Notes: generated by a model not told the origin, from the letters alone. 64,000 nucleotides of DNA from Clostridia bacterium (GCA_017621655.1 JAGASS010000029.1:6477-70476), one strand, 5' to 3'. Positions 34,990 to 45,133 are shown, counted from the stretch's first letter. A program made the numbers and translations.

Positions 34990-35463
34990 TTATAACCCAC
35001 TAAGGAAAAGGGTTGCGAGTATGAGTAGGGCATCGACGGGAATTTCCCCTTCTCGGTCCTTGTCGGTGAATATCAGAAACGCGAGACCGAGGAGGAGTAG
35101 ATCGTCGCTACCGAGCTTGCTGAGGTCGATCAGCGGCTTGTCGGTACGCGATGACGTCGGAACGCTATTCGGTATCGGCTCATTTTCGTATCTCTCGCCC
35201 TCTCCGTTCTGACCGAGAATGCCGAACGGCGCTTCGGTCTTGTCGACTATATCATCGCTTCTCTCACGGTAGCTTTCCTCGGTGTACTGCGGATATCGAG
35301 GGGTAATGTCGCGCCCGAATGCAGTTCCTCTTCCGCTTGAGCGAGTGAGCGCGGCTCTTATCGGCGCTTCCTCCGACGGCGGCTTCAAGGTCAAAGCAGT
35401 ACCGCTGTAATCGGGCGGAAGCGGAGCGTCGTTGTTTCTGCCTGCATAGCTTCTTGTGTACAT
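34990..35463 (-). CDS. Hypothetical protein
   Basis: 157 aa. GAGGA RBS. Pro/Ser/Glu-rich N-terminal half with a hydrophobic C-terminus (LLLLGLAFLIF...LLILATLFLSGL). Confidence 0.6.
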   Translation of the reverse strand: MYTRSYAGRNNDAPLPPDYSGTALTLKPPSEEAPIRAALTRSSGRGTAFGRDITPRYPQYTEESYRERSDDIVDKTEAPFGILGQNGEGERYENEPIPNSVPTSSRTDKPLIDLSKLGSDDLLLLGLAFLIFTDKDREGEIPVDALLILATLFLSGL

Positions 35464-35477
35464 TTTATTCCTCGCTT

Positions 35478-35786
35478 TCAGAGGTTTCCGAGCATTTTGC
35501 TCAGATCGGTCAGCTTCATCATTTTGAGCATCTTTATCATGCTGTCGGCACTTTTTCGCCGTTCGGGCGACAGGTACGGCCTTATTGCCGAAATGAGCGC
35601 GATGCGCTCCTCATTGCCTTTCGTGAGGATGCTCGGCACGGCGCTGACCTCTTTTTCGGGCGTCTCTACTTGCGGTGACGGCTTTTCGCTTCCGCCCGTC
35701 AGACCCTCGGCGACGCTCATCAGCTTCGACATCGTTTCGGGGTCCGACATAACGCTTTTCAGCATTTCGGAAATGTTTTCGTCCAT
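35478..35786 (-). CDS. Hypothetical protein
   Basis: 102 aa, AAGGAG RBS, no family recognised. Confidence 0.6.
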   Translation of the reverse strand: MDENISEMLKSVMSDPETMSKLMSVAEGLTGGSEKPSPQVETPEKEVSAVPSILTKGNEERIALISAIRPYLSPERRKSADSMIKMLKMMKLTDLSKMLGNL

Positions 35787-35799
35787 ATTGGCTCCTTTC

Positions 35800-36042
35800 T
35801 CAAAGCCCGAGCGTCTTTTTCAGCTCTTCGGCTTTTTCGGGCGGCACCTTTGAGACAAACGTCTCCATTTCGCTTTTCGACATTTTGTTGATCTTCCGCT
35901 TGATAAATCCTGCGTTATTCACCGCCATGCGTTTTTGTGACTGCGACGCGCCGAGCGCATCTGCGATCTGACCGATCGCTTTTTTCAGCTCTGCATCGTT
36001 CATCGCGGTGATCTTGTTTATCATATCTTGACTGATTTCCAT
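35800..36042 (-). CDS. Hypothetical protein
   Basis: 80 aa, AAGGAAGGTG RBS, predicted helical, no family recognised. Confidence 0.6.
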   Translation of the reverse strand: MEISQDMINKITAMNDAELKKAIGQIADALGASQSQKRMAVNNAGFIKRKINKMSKSEMETFVSKVPPEKAEELKKTLGL

Positions 36043-36126
36043 ATCGCACCTTCCTTAATTTACAAAAAACTGTGGTAATCACTTTCATTCTATGCTATAA
36101 TCAGGTTAGCGTTACTTGGAGGGATT

Positions 36127-36615
36127 ATGAAGATACTTGTTTTTTCTGACAGTCATGGTAAATATGAGAGAATGGCGGACGTTTTTTCGCGTGATAAGTA
36201 CGACGTCGTCCTTTTTCTCGGTGACGGTCTTTCTGATTTCAAGCGTTTGCAAGAAAGCAATATGACAAGCGCGAGAATGATCGCGGTCAAGGGAAACTGC
36301 GACTTTTTCGACGGCACGCCCGAGGAACGGATCATTGATCTTGACGGCTTCCGCGTGCTGATGCTTCACGGACATACGAAAAGCGTAAAGCACGGTACGT
36401 CCGTTCTTGAATATTACGCGAGAGAAAAGGAGGTCGACCTCGTTCTCTACGGTCACACGCACAGCCGCGATATTAGACGCATCGACGGCGAAAAGCCGTT
36501 TTATATATTCAATCCGGGAAGCATAGGCGCATCGTCATACCTGAATCCGTCCTTTGGATATATCGAGACGGTAAAGGGGCAGATCGTGCTTAACGTTACC
36601 GACTACAGGAGCTAA
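36127..36615 (+). CDS. YfcE/MJ0936-family metallophosphoesterase
   Basis: 162 aa. Motifs SDSHG, GDG, GNCD, HGH and GHTH in the canonical order. Confidence 0.85.
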   Translation: MKILVFSDSHGKYERMADVFSRDKYDVVLFLGDGLSDFKRLQESNMTSARMIAVKGNCDFFDGTPEERIIDLDGFRVLMLHGHTKSVKHGTSVLEYYAREKEVDLVLYGHTHSRDIRRIDGEKPFYIFNPGSIGASSYLNPSFGYIETVKGQIVLNVTDYRS

Positions 36616-36616
36616 T

Positions 36617-37117
36617 ATGAAATACGTAAGCTTAAGTAAAAATAAATACGCGGCGCTGTTTGCTACTCTTTTCAGCGCCTTGACGGTTGTCTTTATTTTT
36701 CTTTCAACTCTCGGTCTGCTTTTCAGAGGTATATTTGAGGCATTTGCGCTTGCAGGTGCCGTGACTGTCATACAGATAGTTCAAAGATACCTTATGACTT
36801 ATTACGAGTATATTCTTGACCCTGCGGACGAGCTTCTTACCTATAACCGCCTTACGGTGATTCAGGTGGTCGGTAAAAGGCGTACGTCGGTCTATACCGT
36901 TCCGCTTGCGAATCTGAGTGCCGTTATTCCTTATAAGAAGATGAAAACCGTCGAAAAGGAATACGGAAAGGTCGGTAAGAAAATGTCGTTTTGCCCCGAT
37001 ATGTTTCCAAAGGAAAGCTGTCTTCTTATCTTCGAGGACGGAAACGAGCTGACACTTTTGCGCCTTCAGTGCGGGGGAGATTTTATGTCGGCAATCGAGG
37101 AACGCAGGGGCGTTTGA
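36617..37117 (+). CDS. Hypothetical membrane protein
   Basis: 166 aa. Two N-terminal TM segments. The start lies 2 nt after the upstream stop. Confidence 0.55.
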   Translation: MKYVSLSKNKYAALFATLFSALTVVFIFLSTLGLLFRGIFEAFALAGAVTVIQIVQRYLMTYYEYILDPADELLTYNRLTVIQVVGKRRTSVYTVPLANLSAVIPYKKMKTVEKEYGKVGKKMSFCPDMFPKESCLLIFEDGNELTLLRLQCGGDFMSAIEERRGV

Positions 37118-37208
37118 CAAAAATGTCGGTTTTTGTAAGAAAACTATTGTAAAATCACATTATATTATGATATAATATAAGATACGAAAATTTTGCTCGG
37201 AGGATATT

Positions 37209-37697
37209 ATGGAGAGAGTTTCCAAAATAAACTATTACCTCGACATCGCAGAGACCGTCGCAAAGCGAAGCACCTGCCTTCGCAAGCACTACGGAGCTAT
37301 TATAGTAAAAAACGACTGCATCGTTTCAACGGGCTATAACGGCTCGCCGAGAGGAAGAAAGAACTGTTCCGATATACAGTTCTGTATGCGAGACAAGCTC
37401 AATATCCCGAGGGGCGAAAGATACGAAATGTGCCGTTCGATACACGCTGAGGCGAATGCAATCATTTCCGCATCGCGTGAGGAGATGATCGGCTCAACGC
37501 TCTATATGGCTTGTATCGACGCAAAAACGGGCGAGCTTGCATCGGGTACGTCGAGCTGTGCAATGTGTAAGCGTCAGGTCATAAATGCGGGAATCGAAAA
37601 GGTCGTTATCCGCGATACCGAGGATACATACCGCATTATAGAGGTTTCCGATTGGGTAACGGACGACGACAGCTTGACGGGACAGTTCGGATATTAA
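37209..37697 (+). CDS. dCMP/cytidine deaminase family protein (ComEB-like)
   Basis: 162 aa. Zinc motifs HAEANAI and CAMCKRQVINAGI. Confidence 0.85.
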   Translation: MERVSKINYYLDIAETVAKRSTCLRKHYGAIIVKNDCIVSTGYNGSPRGRKNCSDIQFCMRDKLNIPRGERYEMCRSIHAEANAIISASREEMIGSTLYMACIDAKTGELASGTSSCAMCKRQVINAGIEKVVIRDTEDTYRIIEVSDWVTDDDSLTGQFGY

Positions 37698-37706
37698 GAG
37701 GATAAA

Positions 37707-38432
37707 ATGGCAAAAGAGAGAAATACGCTAAAAAAGATGGCGGAAAAGAAAATAAGGGCAGACAGAAGAAGACGGGAGAAAAACACCGTCATTTTCGTCG
37801 TTTGCGGACTTATGCTTTTCTTTGCCGTTATAGCGATATTTCCTGCCATAAGAAACGAGCGCACCTTCATATATGAAGACGGCGCGTATATAGACCCGAG
37901 TAACGGTAAGACGTACTGTCCTGCCGATATGTCGGCGTATCTAATTAAGACTGAATTTTTTGAGGATGACCTTTACGGTACGATGAGGGGCGATAAGGTG
38001 TATACCATCCCCGGCGTAAAGGGAAGAAATTGGCTCGTTCGACAGCTTGATGATGATCTATACGAGCTTTATTACGAGGAAAACGTGCTTCTTCCGAGCA
38101 TTTCGGAGTTTGAGGCGAGCGAAATGTATCTTTTCGTTGACGAGCCGCTTATTCTTTACCGCGAGGAGATAAAGGATAAGACCGAGCTTGACAGTATCGT
38201 TTCCCTGCTTGTAAACGGCGAAAAAACCGAAAGCATCGGTGAGTTTAATGAGACCTATTCGATCCGCTTCGCATCGGAAAAATACGGTCATATGTATTTC
38301 TGCTTCGAGTACGTTATAACCGATAACGGAAGCTATTTCTACGATCATCTGTCGTTTTCGTATATCAAGGCAAACGGAATGCTCGATGGTTACGTTGAAT
38401 CCTTAAAGGAGCAGCGAGATAATGAAGCTTGA
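37707..38432 (+). CDS. Hypothetical membrane-anchored protein
   Basis: 241 aa. Basic N-terminus followed by a single TM (VIFVVCGLMLFFAVIAIFPAI). Confidence 0.55.
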   Translation: MAKERNTLKKMAEKKIRADRRRREKNTVIFVVCGLMLFFAVIAIFPAIRNERTFIYEDGAYIDPSNGKTYCPADMSAYLIKTEFFEDDLYGTMRGDKVYTIPGVKGRNWLVRQLDDDLYELYYEENVLLPSISEFEASEMYLFVDEPLILYREEIKDKTELDSIVSLLVNGEKTESIGEFNETYSIRFASEKYGHMYFCFEYVITDNGSYFYDHLSFSYIKANGMLDGYVESLKEQRDNEA

Positions 38433-38862
38433 TCTGAGAACGCTTGGCAAAAGCGACGCGCCAATGCTCGCGGTCCTCGAAAAGGAATGCTTTTCCTGCC
38501 CTTGGAGTGAGGAGAGCTTTTATGAATGCCTAGGTAACGAAAGGTTTTACTTCGTCGGGCTTTTTGAAAGCGATGAGCTTATCGGGTACGGCGGACTGAC
38601 GACCGTCCTTGACGAGGGCGACGTTTCGAATATCGCGGTCCGTTCGGATAAGCGCGGACAGGGACTTGGCAAAATGCTTCTTAACGCACTGTGTGAGGAG
38701 GCGCAAAAACGCGGAGTCGTATATTTTCATCTTGAAGTAAGAGAAAGCAACGCCCCTGCGCGTCACCTTTACGAAAGCTTCGGCTTCACGGTAGACGGAA
38801 TAAGAAAAAATTACTATACAAAGCCGCAGGAAAATGCGGTGCTGATGACTAAAAAGCTATGA
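38422..38862 (+). CDS. rimI: Ribosomal-protein-alanine N-acetyltransferase (GNAT)
   Basis: 146 aa. GNAT core RGQGLGKMLL. Located immediately upstream of, and overlapping, tsaD. Confidence 0.75.
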   Translation: MKLDLRTLGKSDAPMLAVLEKECFSCPWSEESFYECLGNERFYFVGLFESDELIGYGGLTTVLDEGDVSNIAVRSDKRGQGLGKMLLNALCEEAQKRGVVYFHLEVRESNAPARHLYESFGFTVDGIRKNYYTKPQENAVLMTKKL

Positions 38863-39863
38863 AGATTTTATCAATTGAAAGCTCCTGCGACGAGACCTCG
38901 GCGGCAGTCGTCGAGATGGGAGAGGAAAGGAAGATACTTTCCAATATCGTCGCTTCACAAATAGAAACGCACGCCTTATACGGCGGTGTAGTTCCCGAGA
39001 TCGCAAGCCGCGCACATAGCGAGGTGATTTCAAAGATTACCTACGAGGCGCTTGAAACGGCAGGTGTTACTTTGGACGATATCGACGCTATCGGCGTGAC
39101 GAATCGCCCCGGGCTTATCGGTGCGCTTCTCGTCGGCGTGAATTTCGCAAAATCCCTTGCGCTGTCAAGAAACATACCGCTTGTCCCCGTGCATCACATA
39201 AGAGGACATATAGCGGCGAATTACCTCGTTCACTCCGACCTTAAGCCGCCATTCCTTGCGCTTGTAGTTTCGGGCGGACACACCTCGCTTATCGAGGTCA
39301 CCGATTATACGCATTTTGAGACCGTCGGCAGAACGAAGGACGACGCGATGGGCGAATCCTTTGACAAGGTCGCGCGCGTTATGGGAATACCTTATCCCGG
39401 CGGCGCGGAAATGGACCGACTCGCCTCGCTCGGCGATAAAAGGGCGTTCAAGCTGCCGTCTGCGGCACTGAACGACGGAAGCTTGGATTTCTCGTTCAGC
39501 GGTCTTAAAACTCATATCATAAACATACTTCACAATATGGAGCAAAAGGGAATCCCTTATCCGAAGGAGGATATTGCGGCTTCCTTTACCGAAACGGTGC
39601 TGGGAAGCGTTGAAAAGAAGCTGAAAATGGCGATCGAACGCTATCCGCATACCTCGCTCGTTCTTGCGGGCGGAGTATCGGCAAACTCGCATCTGCGCTC
39701 GTTTATGGAAGAATTTGCGAAAAAGAACGGAATGAAGTTTTACGTTCCGCCGCGTTCGCTCTGCGGAGACAACGCCGCAATGATCGGCGCGCAGGCGTAT
39801 TATGAATTTATAAACGGAAATACCGCCGACAGTTCGCTGAATGCATACGCGACGGGCGAATAA
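38859..39863 (+). CDS. tsaD: tRNA N6-adenosine threonylcarbamoyltransferase
   Basis: 334 aa. SCDETSAAVV, GVVPEIASRAH, VHHIRGH and SGGHT. Confidence 0.9.
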   Translation: MKILSIESSCDETSAAVVEMGEERKILSNIVASQIETHALYGGVVPEIASRAHSEVISKITYEALETAGVTLDDIDAIGVTNRPGLIGALLVGVNFAKSLALSRNIPLVPVHHIRGHIAANYLVHSDLKPPFLALVVSGGHTSLIEVTDYTHFETVGRTKDDAMGESFDKVARVMGIPYPGGAEMDRLASLGDKRAFKLPSAALNDGSLDFSFSGLKTHIINILHNMEQKGIPYPKEDIAASFTETVLGSVEKKLKMAIERYPHTSLVLAGGVSANSHLRSFMEEFAKKNGMKFYVPPRSLCGDNAAMIGAQAYYEFINGNTADSSLNAYATGE

Positions 39864-39880
39864 TTTTAGGAGAAAACACA

Positions 39881-41050
39881 ATGGCAAACTACGAAAATCA
39901 GATCAAAAGCGCAGTAGAAAAATACGAAGCATTGCTTCGCTCACAGCTCGAAAGAGTTGAAAAGATAAATGCGGCAGGTGACGCTGTAGATTATTCCAAA
40001 ATGGATAAGATCGTCATCGGTATCTGTGGCGGAGACGGTATCGGACCGATAATCACCGATGCATCGAAAAAGGTTCTCGAATATCTGCTCGCAGACGACG
40101 TCAAGAGCGGAAAAATTGAGTTCAAGGTTATCGACGGACTTACCATCGAAAACCGCGTAAAGCATATGCAGGCGATCCCCGACGAGGTCATGGAGGAGCT
40201 TTATAAGTGTGACGTTATCCTCAAGGGACCGACAACGACTCCCCGTGCAGGCGATCCTTGGCCGAACATCGAGAGCGCAAACGTTGCTATGAGAAAGAAA
40301 CTCGACCTTTTCGCAAACGTCCGTCCCGTCAAGGTTCCCGATAAGGGCATCGATTGGACCTTCTTCCGCGAGAACACCGAGGGAAGCTATGCGGTAGGAT
40401 CGCAGGGCGTGAACGTGACCGACGATCTCGCGCTTGATTTCTGCGTTACTACGACTGAGGGCTGTAACCGTATCGCGCGCCTCGCTTACGAGTATGCAAG
40501 AAAGAACGGCAAAAACCGTGTTTCGATAGTTACGAAGGCAAATATCATCAAGACGACCGACGGTAAGTTCCTCCGTCTCTGCGAAGAGGTCGGCAAGGAA
40601 TATCCCGAGATCGAGACCGATAACTGGTTTATCGACATTATGACGGCGAAGCTCGTTGACGAGAAGCGCCGCACTGCGTTTCAGGTATTCATTCTTCCTA
40701 ACCTCTATGGCGACATCATCACCGACGAGGCGGCAGAATTCCAGGGTGGTGTAGGTACTGCCGGCTCTGCGAATATCGGTAAGAAATACGCAATGTTCGA
40801 GGCGATCCACGGCTCTGCTCCCAGAATGATAACCGAGGGCAGAGGAAAGTACGCGGATCCCTGCTCGATGCTCCGCGCAACCGTTATGCTCCTTTCGCAT
40901 ATCGGCTATCAGGAGGAGAGCGACCGTCTTGCGCGCGCTCTTGACATCTGTATGTTCGAAGAAAAGAAGCTCGTCGTAACGGGACGTGATACGGGTGCTA
41001 CCTGTGAAGAATTCACCGCGTACGTAAACGAAACGCTGAAGAAGATCTAA
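39881..41050 (+). CDS. Isocitrate/isopropylmalate dehydrogenase family protein
   Basis: 389 aa. GDGIGPII, NLYGDIITDEAAEFQGGVG and HGSAP. Substrate not assignable by eye. Confidence 0.75.
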   Translation: MANYENQIKSAVEKYEALLRSQLERVEKINAAGDAVDYSKMDKIVIGICGGDGIGPIITDASKKVLEYLLADDVKSGKIEFKVIDGLTIENRVKHMQAIPDEVMEELYKCDVILKGPTTTPRAGDPWPNIESANVAMRKKLDLFANVRPVKVPDKGIDWTFFRENTEGSYAVGSQGVNVTDDLALDFCVTTTEGCNRIARLAYEYARKNGKNRVSIVTKANIIKTTDGKFLRLCEEVGKEYPEIETDNWFIDIMTAKLVDEKRRTAFQVFILPNLYGDIITDEAAEFQGGVGTAGSANIGKKYAMFEAIHGSAPRMITEGRGKYADPCSMLRATVMLLSHIGYQEESDRLARALDICMFEEKKLVVTGRDTGATCEEFTAYVNETLKKI

Positions 41051-41229
41051 AATTGGCTCCCCCTCGCAGATGCCAAAGGCATCTGCTTGGAGCATCCGCG
41101 AAGCGGTGAGGGATTGTTTTAGAGCGTTTTTAACTTTTACAATCCCTCCGCCTCGCAAGCTCGGCACCTCCCTTTGCACAAGGGAGGTGGTGGAAGCAAG
41201 CTCGGAACCTAACGCGTTTCCGTTGTACC
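41051..41229 (+). repeat. Hairpin-rich mosaic spacer
   Basis: GCAGATGCC-AAA-GGCATCTGC, GAGGGATTGT...ACAATCCCTC and CACCTCCCTT-TGCAC-AAGGGAGGTG. The string CAAGCTCGG[C/A]ACCT occurs twice. Confidence 0.6.
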
Positions 41230-41436
41230 AATAAGATGTATCTTTATATGGCTCCCTCCGGGAGGGAGCTGTCGAGCCGTAGGCGAGACTGAAGGAGCCA
41301 TCGGGCGAGAAATGCTCGATAATAGATGTTTATGGAACCGCCCTAATGAGACGGGCAATTCTCTATAATATCTTTCATCGCGGGCTCCCTTCGTCCGTGG
41401 CTCTGCCGCTTGCACCATCCCTCCCGGAGGGAGGCA
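41230..41436 (+). repeat. Module B structured repeat, copy 2 (most divergent, core only)
   Basis: ATGGCTCCCTCCGGGAGGGAGCTGTCGAGCCGTAGGCGAGACTGAAGGAGCCATCGGGCGAGAAATGCTCGAT...GCCCTAATGAGACGGGC...CCCTCCCGGAGGGAGG. Ends 9 nt before the rex RBS. Confidence 0.8.
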
Positions 41437-41459
41437 GATTCCCGAAAGGAGATATAAAA

Positions 41460-42038
41460 ATGAAAACTGCATATATCTCCGCGGGCGCGAAGCGTCTGCC
41501 GCGTTATTTCAGAACGCTTCGCGAATGCCTGATGAACGGCGAGATAAAAATAAGCTCGTCAGTTCTTGCGAAGAAGCTCGATATAACCCCCTCGCAGGTC
41601 CGTGCCGATCTCAACAGATACTCGGGCGCAGGGCTTCAGGGCTACGGATATAACGTAAAAACGCTGTATACCGAAATAAGCCGCGACCTCGGCGTTGGTG
41701 ACGGAATGAGTGCCGTTATTATAGGCGCCGAGCCGTCAAACGCGCCTCATCTTGCAACGTGGCTTGAGGGCAGGGGAATATCGGATATGAGGTTTATCCT
41801 CTTTGATGAAGGTATCTATTCAAAGGTCGAAAAGCTTGACTGCGACATCGCGCTTATCCTCTATTGCGACGATAAGGAAAAAATGCAGTCTGCACTTCGC
41901 CAATCGGGCGTAAAGGGCGTCTGGAATATGACGCAGAGCGATTTTGACCTCGATATTCCGACGGTAAATCTGCCCGTCGGAGACATACTCTCGGCACTTA
42001 TGTACGAGATAAAGCAAAACGAGAAAGGAGAGAAATGA
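41460..42038 (+). CDS. rex: Rex-like redox-sensing repressor homologue with a degenerate dinucleotide-binding loop
   Basis: ORF 41346..42038. Start is MKTAYIS at 41460, after AAAGGAG. N-terminal RLPRYFR...GYGYNV is the Rex wHTH. IIGAEPSN occupies the place of the GxGxxG loop. Confidence 0.7.
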   Translation: MKTAYISAGAKRLPRYFRTLRECLMNGEIKISSSVLAKKLDITPSQVRADLNRYSGAGLQGYGYNVKTLYTEISRDLGVGDGMSAVIIGAEPSNAPHLATWLEGRGISDMRFILFDEGIYSKVEKLDCDIALILYCDDKEKMQSALRQSGVKGVWNMTQSDFDLDIPTVNLPVGDILSALMYEIKQNEKGEK

Positions 42039-43009
42039 TGAAATACAACGTTCTTTATAAGGACGGCGCAGTATGTCTGCCTGCAAGTGCGTTTCTTAAT
42101 TGCGATACACTTCTTGAAGTGCGTTTTCTTATGCTTCTCTCCTACGACAGAGCGCTCTGCGATGCAGACGATACAATGCTCTGTGAGCAGCTCGGATGCA
42201 CCGTAGAGGAGCTTGGAGATATTGTAAGATCTTTGCGCAAAAAAGGTCTTATTGAAGGAGCGAAGAAACTTACCCCATCTGCTGCAAATAAGAATCTAAG
42301 TAGCAAAGAGATCTCGGATGCAGTTGAAAAAGATAATAAGCTCAAGCAACTTATGGAGGAATGTGAGAAAATCTGTGAAATAATCTCCTTTACGCCGATA
42401 GATAGATCAAGGATAATTTCGCTTCATACGGTTTTAAATTATGACTGTGAAACAATATTTCTTATGTTTTTCTATTATAAACAAAAATTTGAGGCAGTTG
42501 GAAAACAGTTAAGTGTCAGCTATGTTGAAAAGTGTGCATATTCTTTGTATAACCAAGGAATACGTACTCTTGAAGCACTTCAAAAATACATAGAGAATGA
42601 GGAAAAAAGAAACCGCAACAAATACAAACTTTCCAGTTTGTTTGGTTTTGGTGATCGCGCGTTCACAAAGAAAGAAGAAAAGTTCTTCGATAAGTGGCTT
42701 ATCGAATGGGAAATGCCGTTTGAGCTTATCAAGGCGGCGTTTGAAATAGCAGTTAATAATACAGGCAAAGCAGGTCTTGAATATATGTCGAAGATCCTTT
42801 CCGATTGGCACGATAGCGGTATAAGCACCGTAGAGCAGGCGGAAAAGGCAAACGCGGACTTCAAGGCGGCAAATAAGAATAAGCAGAAATTCGTCGAAAA
42901 ACCCGCAAATAACGGTGCAAGCTTCGACACCGAGGAGTTTTTCGAAAAGGCGCGCAGACGCTCGGAAGCGATGATGAACGCGATAGTTCTCGGAGAGGGG
43001 GATAAGTGA
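42035..43009 (+). CDS. DnaD-domain replication initiation/primosome protein
   Basis: 324 aa. The C-terminal EIAVNNTGKAGLEYMSKILSDWHDSGISTVEQAEK fits the DnaD/DnaB_2 domain. ATGA overlap with rex. Confidence 0.7.
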   Translation: MMKYNVLYKDGAVCLPASAFLNCDTLLEVRFLMLLSYDRALCDADDTMLCEQLGCTVEELGDIVRSLRKKGLIEGAKKLTPSAANKNLSSKEISDAVEKDNKLKQLMEECEKICEIISFTPIDRSRIISLHTVLNYDCETIFLMFFYYKQKFEAVGKQLSVSYVEKCAYSLYNQGIRTLEALQKYIENEEKRNRNKYKLSSLFGFGDRAFTKKEEKFFDKWLIEWEMPFELIKAAFEIAVNNTGKAGLEYMSKILSDWHDSGISTVEQAEKANADFKAANKNKQKFVEKPANNGASFDTEEFFEKARRRSEAMMNAIVLGEGDK

Positions 43010-43986
43010 TGGGCTTTAACAGAGATAATTACAAAAAAATAAAGCACGAATACGAAGGCAAAGCCCTCCGCGCACAGGAGGCGGCGCTTATCCGTAAGAG
43101 AGAACTCGGGATGAGATTCCCCGATATTAAGGAAATAGACAGCGCGCTTTCGCAGACGGGACTTCGTATATTTGAAGCAAGCGCAAGATACAAGGGCGAA
43201 AAGCTTGAAAGCGAGATCGCGGCTATAAAGGCAGAAAACGCAGAGCTTCTTAAGGCACGCGAGGCGCTTCTTATTAAGTACGGCATACCTGCCGACTATT
43301 CCGACGTAAAATATGAATGCAACGAATGCTCGGACAGCGGTTTCGTCGGAATCAATATGTGCAAATGTATGAAGTCGAAGCTCGTTATGGCGGGCTACGA
43401 AAGCTCGGGCATCGGATCGCTTATAAAGAGTAAGACCTTTGATAACTACGTTCCGACCTATCAAAAGGAAAAGAACGCAGTCGAGAATGCCGAAATGATA
43501 GTCACATTCTGCCGTCACTACGCGGAAAGCTTCGGCGATAGATCGCAGAATCTGATCTTCATCGGCGGCACGGGTCTCGGTAAGACACATCTTTCCGCCG
43601 CAATTACGGGAACGGTCGTACGCCGTGGCTACGACGTCGTATGCGAAACGGCGCAGAATCTATTTTCCGACTTTGAATACGAGCGCTTCGGGCGCGGTTA
43701 TAACAGAGACGAAAACGAGGAAAGCCGTACCGACAGATACTTTGAATGCGATCTGCTCATAATCGACGACCTCGGCACAGAAATGGGTAATACCTTTACA
43801 GTTTCGTGCCTATATAATATCATAAACACACGTCTTAACAAGGGAAAAGCGGTTATAATAAATACGAACCTTACGCGAGACGATCTACGTAAGCGTTACG
43901 ATGAGCGCATAACATCGCGTCTGTTCGGCGAATTTTTGCCGATAATGTTCCTCGGACGCGATATGCGAGAGCTGAAGCTCGACTGA
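43006..43986 (+). CDS. dnaI: DnaI/DnaC-type helicase loader (AAA+)
   Basis: 326 aa. Zinc cluster CNECSDSGF...CKCMKS, Walker A GGTGLGKTH, Walker B LLIIDDLG. GTGA overlap (GTG start) with the upstream gene. Confidence 0.75.
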   Translation: MMGFNRDNYKKIKHEYEGKALRAQEAALIRKRELGMRFPDIKEIDSALSQTGLRIFEASARYKGEKLESEIAAIKAENAELLKAREALLIKYGIPADYSDVKYECNECSDSGFVGINMCKCMKSKLVMAGYESSGIGSLIKSKTFDNYVPTYQKEKNAVENAEMIVTFCRHYAESFGDRSQNLIFIGGTGLGKTHLSAAITGTVVRRGYDVVCETAQNLFSDFEYERFGRGYNRDENEESRTDRYFECDLLIIDDLGTEMGNTFTVSCLYNIINTRLNKGKAVIINTNLTRDDLRKRYDERITSRLFGEFLPIMFLGRDMRELKLD

Positions 43987-43999
43987 AAGGATATTTGAT

Positions 44000-44761
44000 A
44001 TGAAAATAGCAGTTGTGACGGGCGCGTCGTCGGGACTCGGCGAGGAATTCGTCAGAGTTATCACGGAAAAGTACGACGAAATAGAGGAAATATGGGTAAT
44101 CGCGCGCCGCACGGATCGGCTTGAAGCGCTGAAAACGCGTTTCCTGAATAAAAAGATATTCCCAATATCCCTCGACCTAACGAAGCACGAAAACTATGAA
44201 ACGCTCTCGGAAATGCTCGAAAGCGAAAAACCTGAGATAAAGATACTCGTGAACAACGCGGGCTTCGGCACGCTCGGCAACTTCGAGGAAATGGATCTGA
44301 ATACTCAGACGAGAATGGTCGACCTTAATAACCGTGCGCTTACGGCAGTAACGTCGGTCTCGCTTCCTTATATGAAAAAGGGAAGCTTCATAGTCAACGT
44401 ATCTTCGATCGCCTCGTTTGCACCGACGGCAAGAATGGCAGTCTACTGCTCAACGAAGTCGTACGTTCTCGCCTTCTCAAAAGCACTTCGCTTTGAGCTG
44501 AAAAAGAAGGGCATAAACGTCCTTGCGCTTTGCCCGGGACCTATGGATACCGAGTTTCTTCCTGCCGCAGGAATCGAAAAGGGAAGCTCTCATACATTCG
44601 ATACGCTTCCTCGCGTGAATCCCGCGGTAGCCGCAGAAAAGGCACTGCGTTACGCCTCGAAGGGTAGGGGAATATATACGCCTCGCGCCTTCTACAAGCT
44701 TTATAGATTCCTATCTAAGGTGCTTCCGCACGGGCTTGTAATGCACTTGTCGAAAACTTGA
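44000..44761 (+). CDS. Short-chain dehydrogenase/reductase (SDR)
   Basis: 253 aa. TGASSGLG, NNAG and YCSTKS. Confidence 0.85.
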   Translation: MKIAVVTGASSGLGEEFVRVITEKYDEIEEIWVIARRTDRLEALKTRFLNKKIFPISLDLTKHENYETLSEMLESEKPEIKILVNNAGFGTLGNFEEMDLNTQTRMVDLNNRALTAVTSVSLPYMKKGSFIVNVSSIASFAPTARMAVYCSTKSYVLAFSKALRFELKKKGINVLALCPGPMDTEFLPAAGIEKGSSHTFDTLPRVNPAVAAEKALRYASKGRGIYTPRAFYKLYRFLSKVLPHGLVMHLSKT

Positions 44762-44845
44762 TGCTGTTAAGTATTGACAAATCGGCGGAAATTGTATAAA
44801 ATAATAACGGATATAAAAGTCTTTTCAAACGAAAGGAGCAATATT

Positions 44846-45133
44846 ATGGCAGACGAACTTTTTAACGAAGAAGTGTTCACACTTACCGACGAGGACGGCA
44901 ACGAAAAGCAGTTTGAGCTTCTCGGAAGCCAGGAGATCGACGGTGAAACATATCTCGCGCTCGTTCCGATCGAGGATAACGAGAACGAGGAATACGTTAT
45001 TCTCAAGGTAGCGGTCGATGAGGAAAGCGGCGAGGAGATACTCGTTACGATCGACGATGACGACGAGTTTGACCGCGTTGCGGATTTCTTTAACGACGAG
45101 CTTTTCGGCGAGATCGACTACGACGAGGAATAA
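44846..45133 (+). CDS. DUF1292 family protein
   Basis: ORF 44774..45133. Start is MADELF at 44846, after AAAGGAG. Acidic, with LTDEDGNEKQFELLG...YLALVP. Confidence 0.75.
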   Translation: MADELFNEEVFTLTDEDGNEKQFELLGSQEIDGETYLALVPIEDNENEEYVILKVAVDEESGEEILVTIDDDDEFDRVADFFNDELFGEIDYDEE

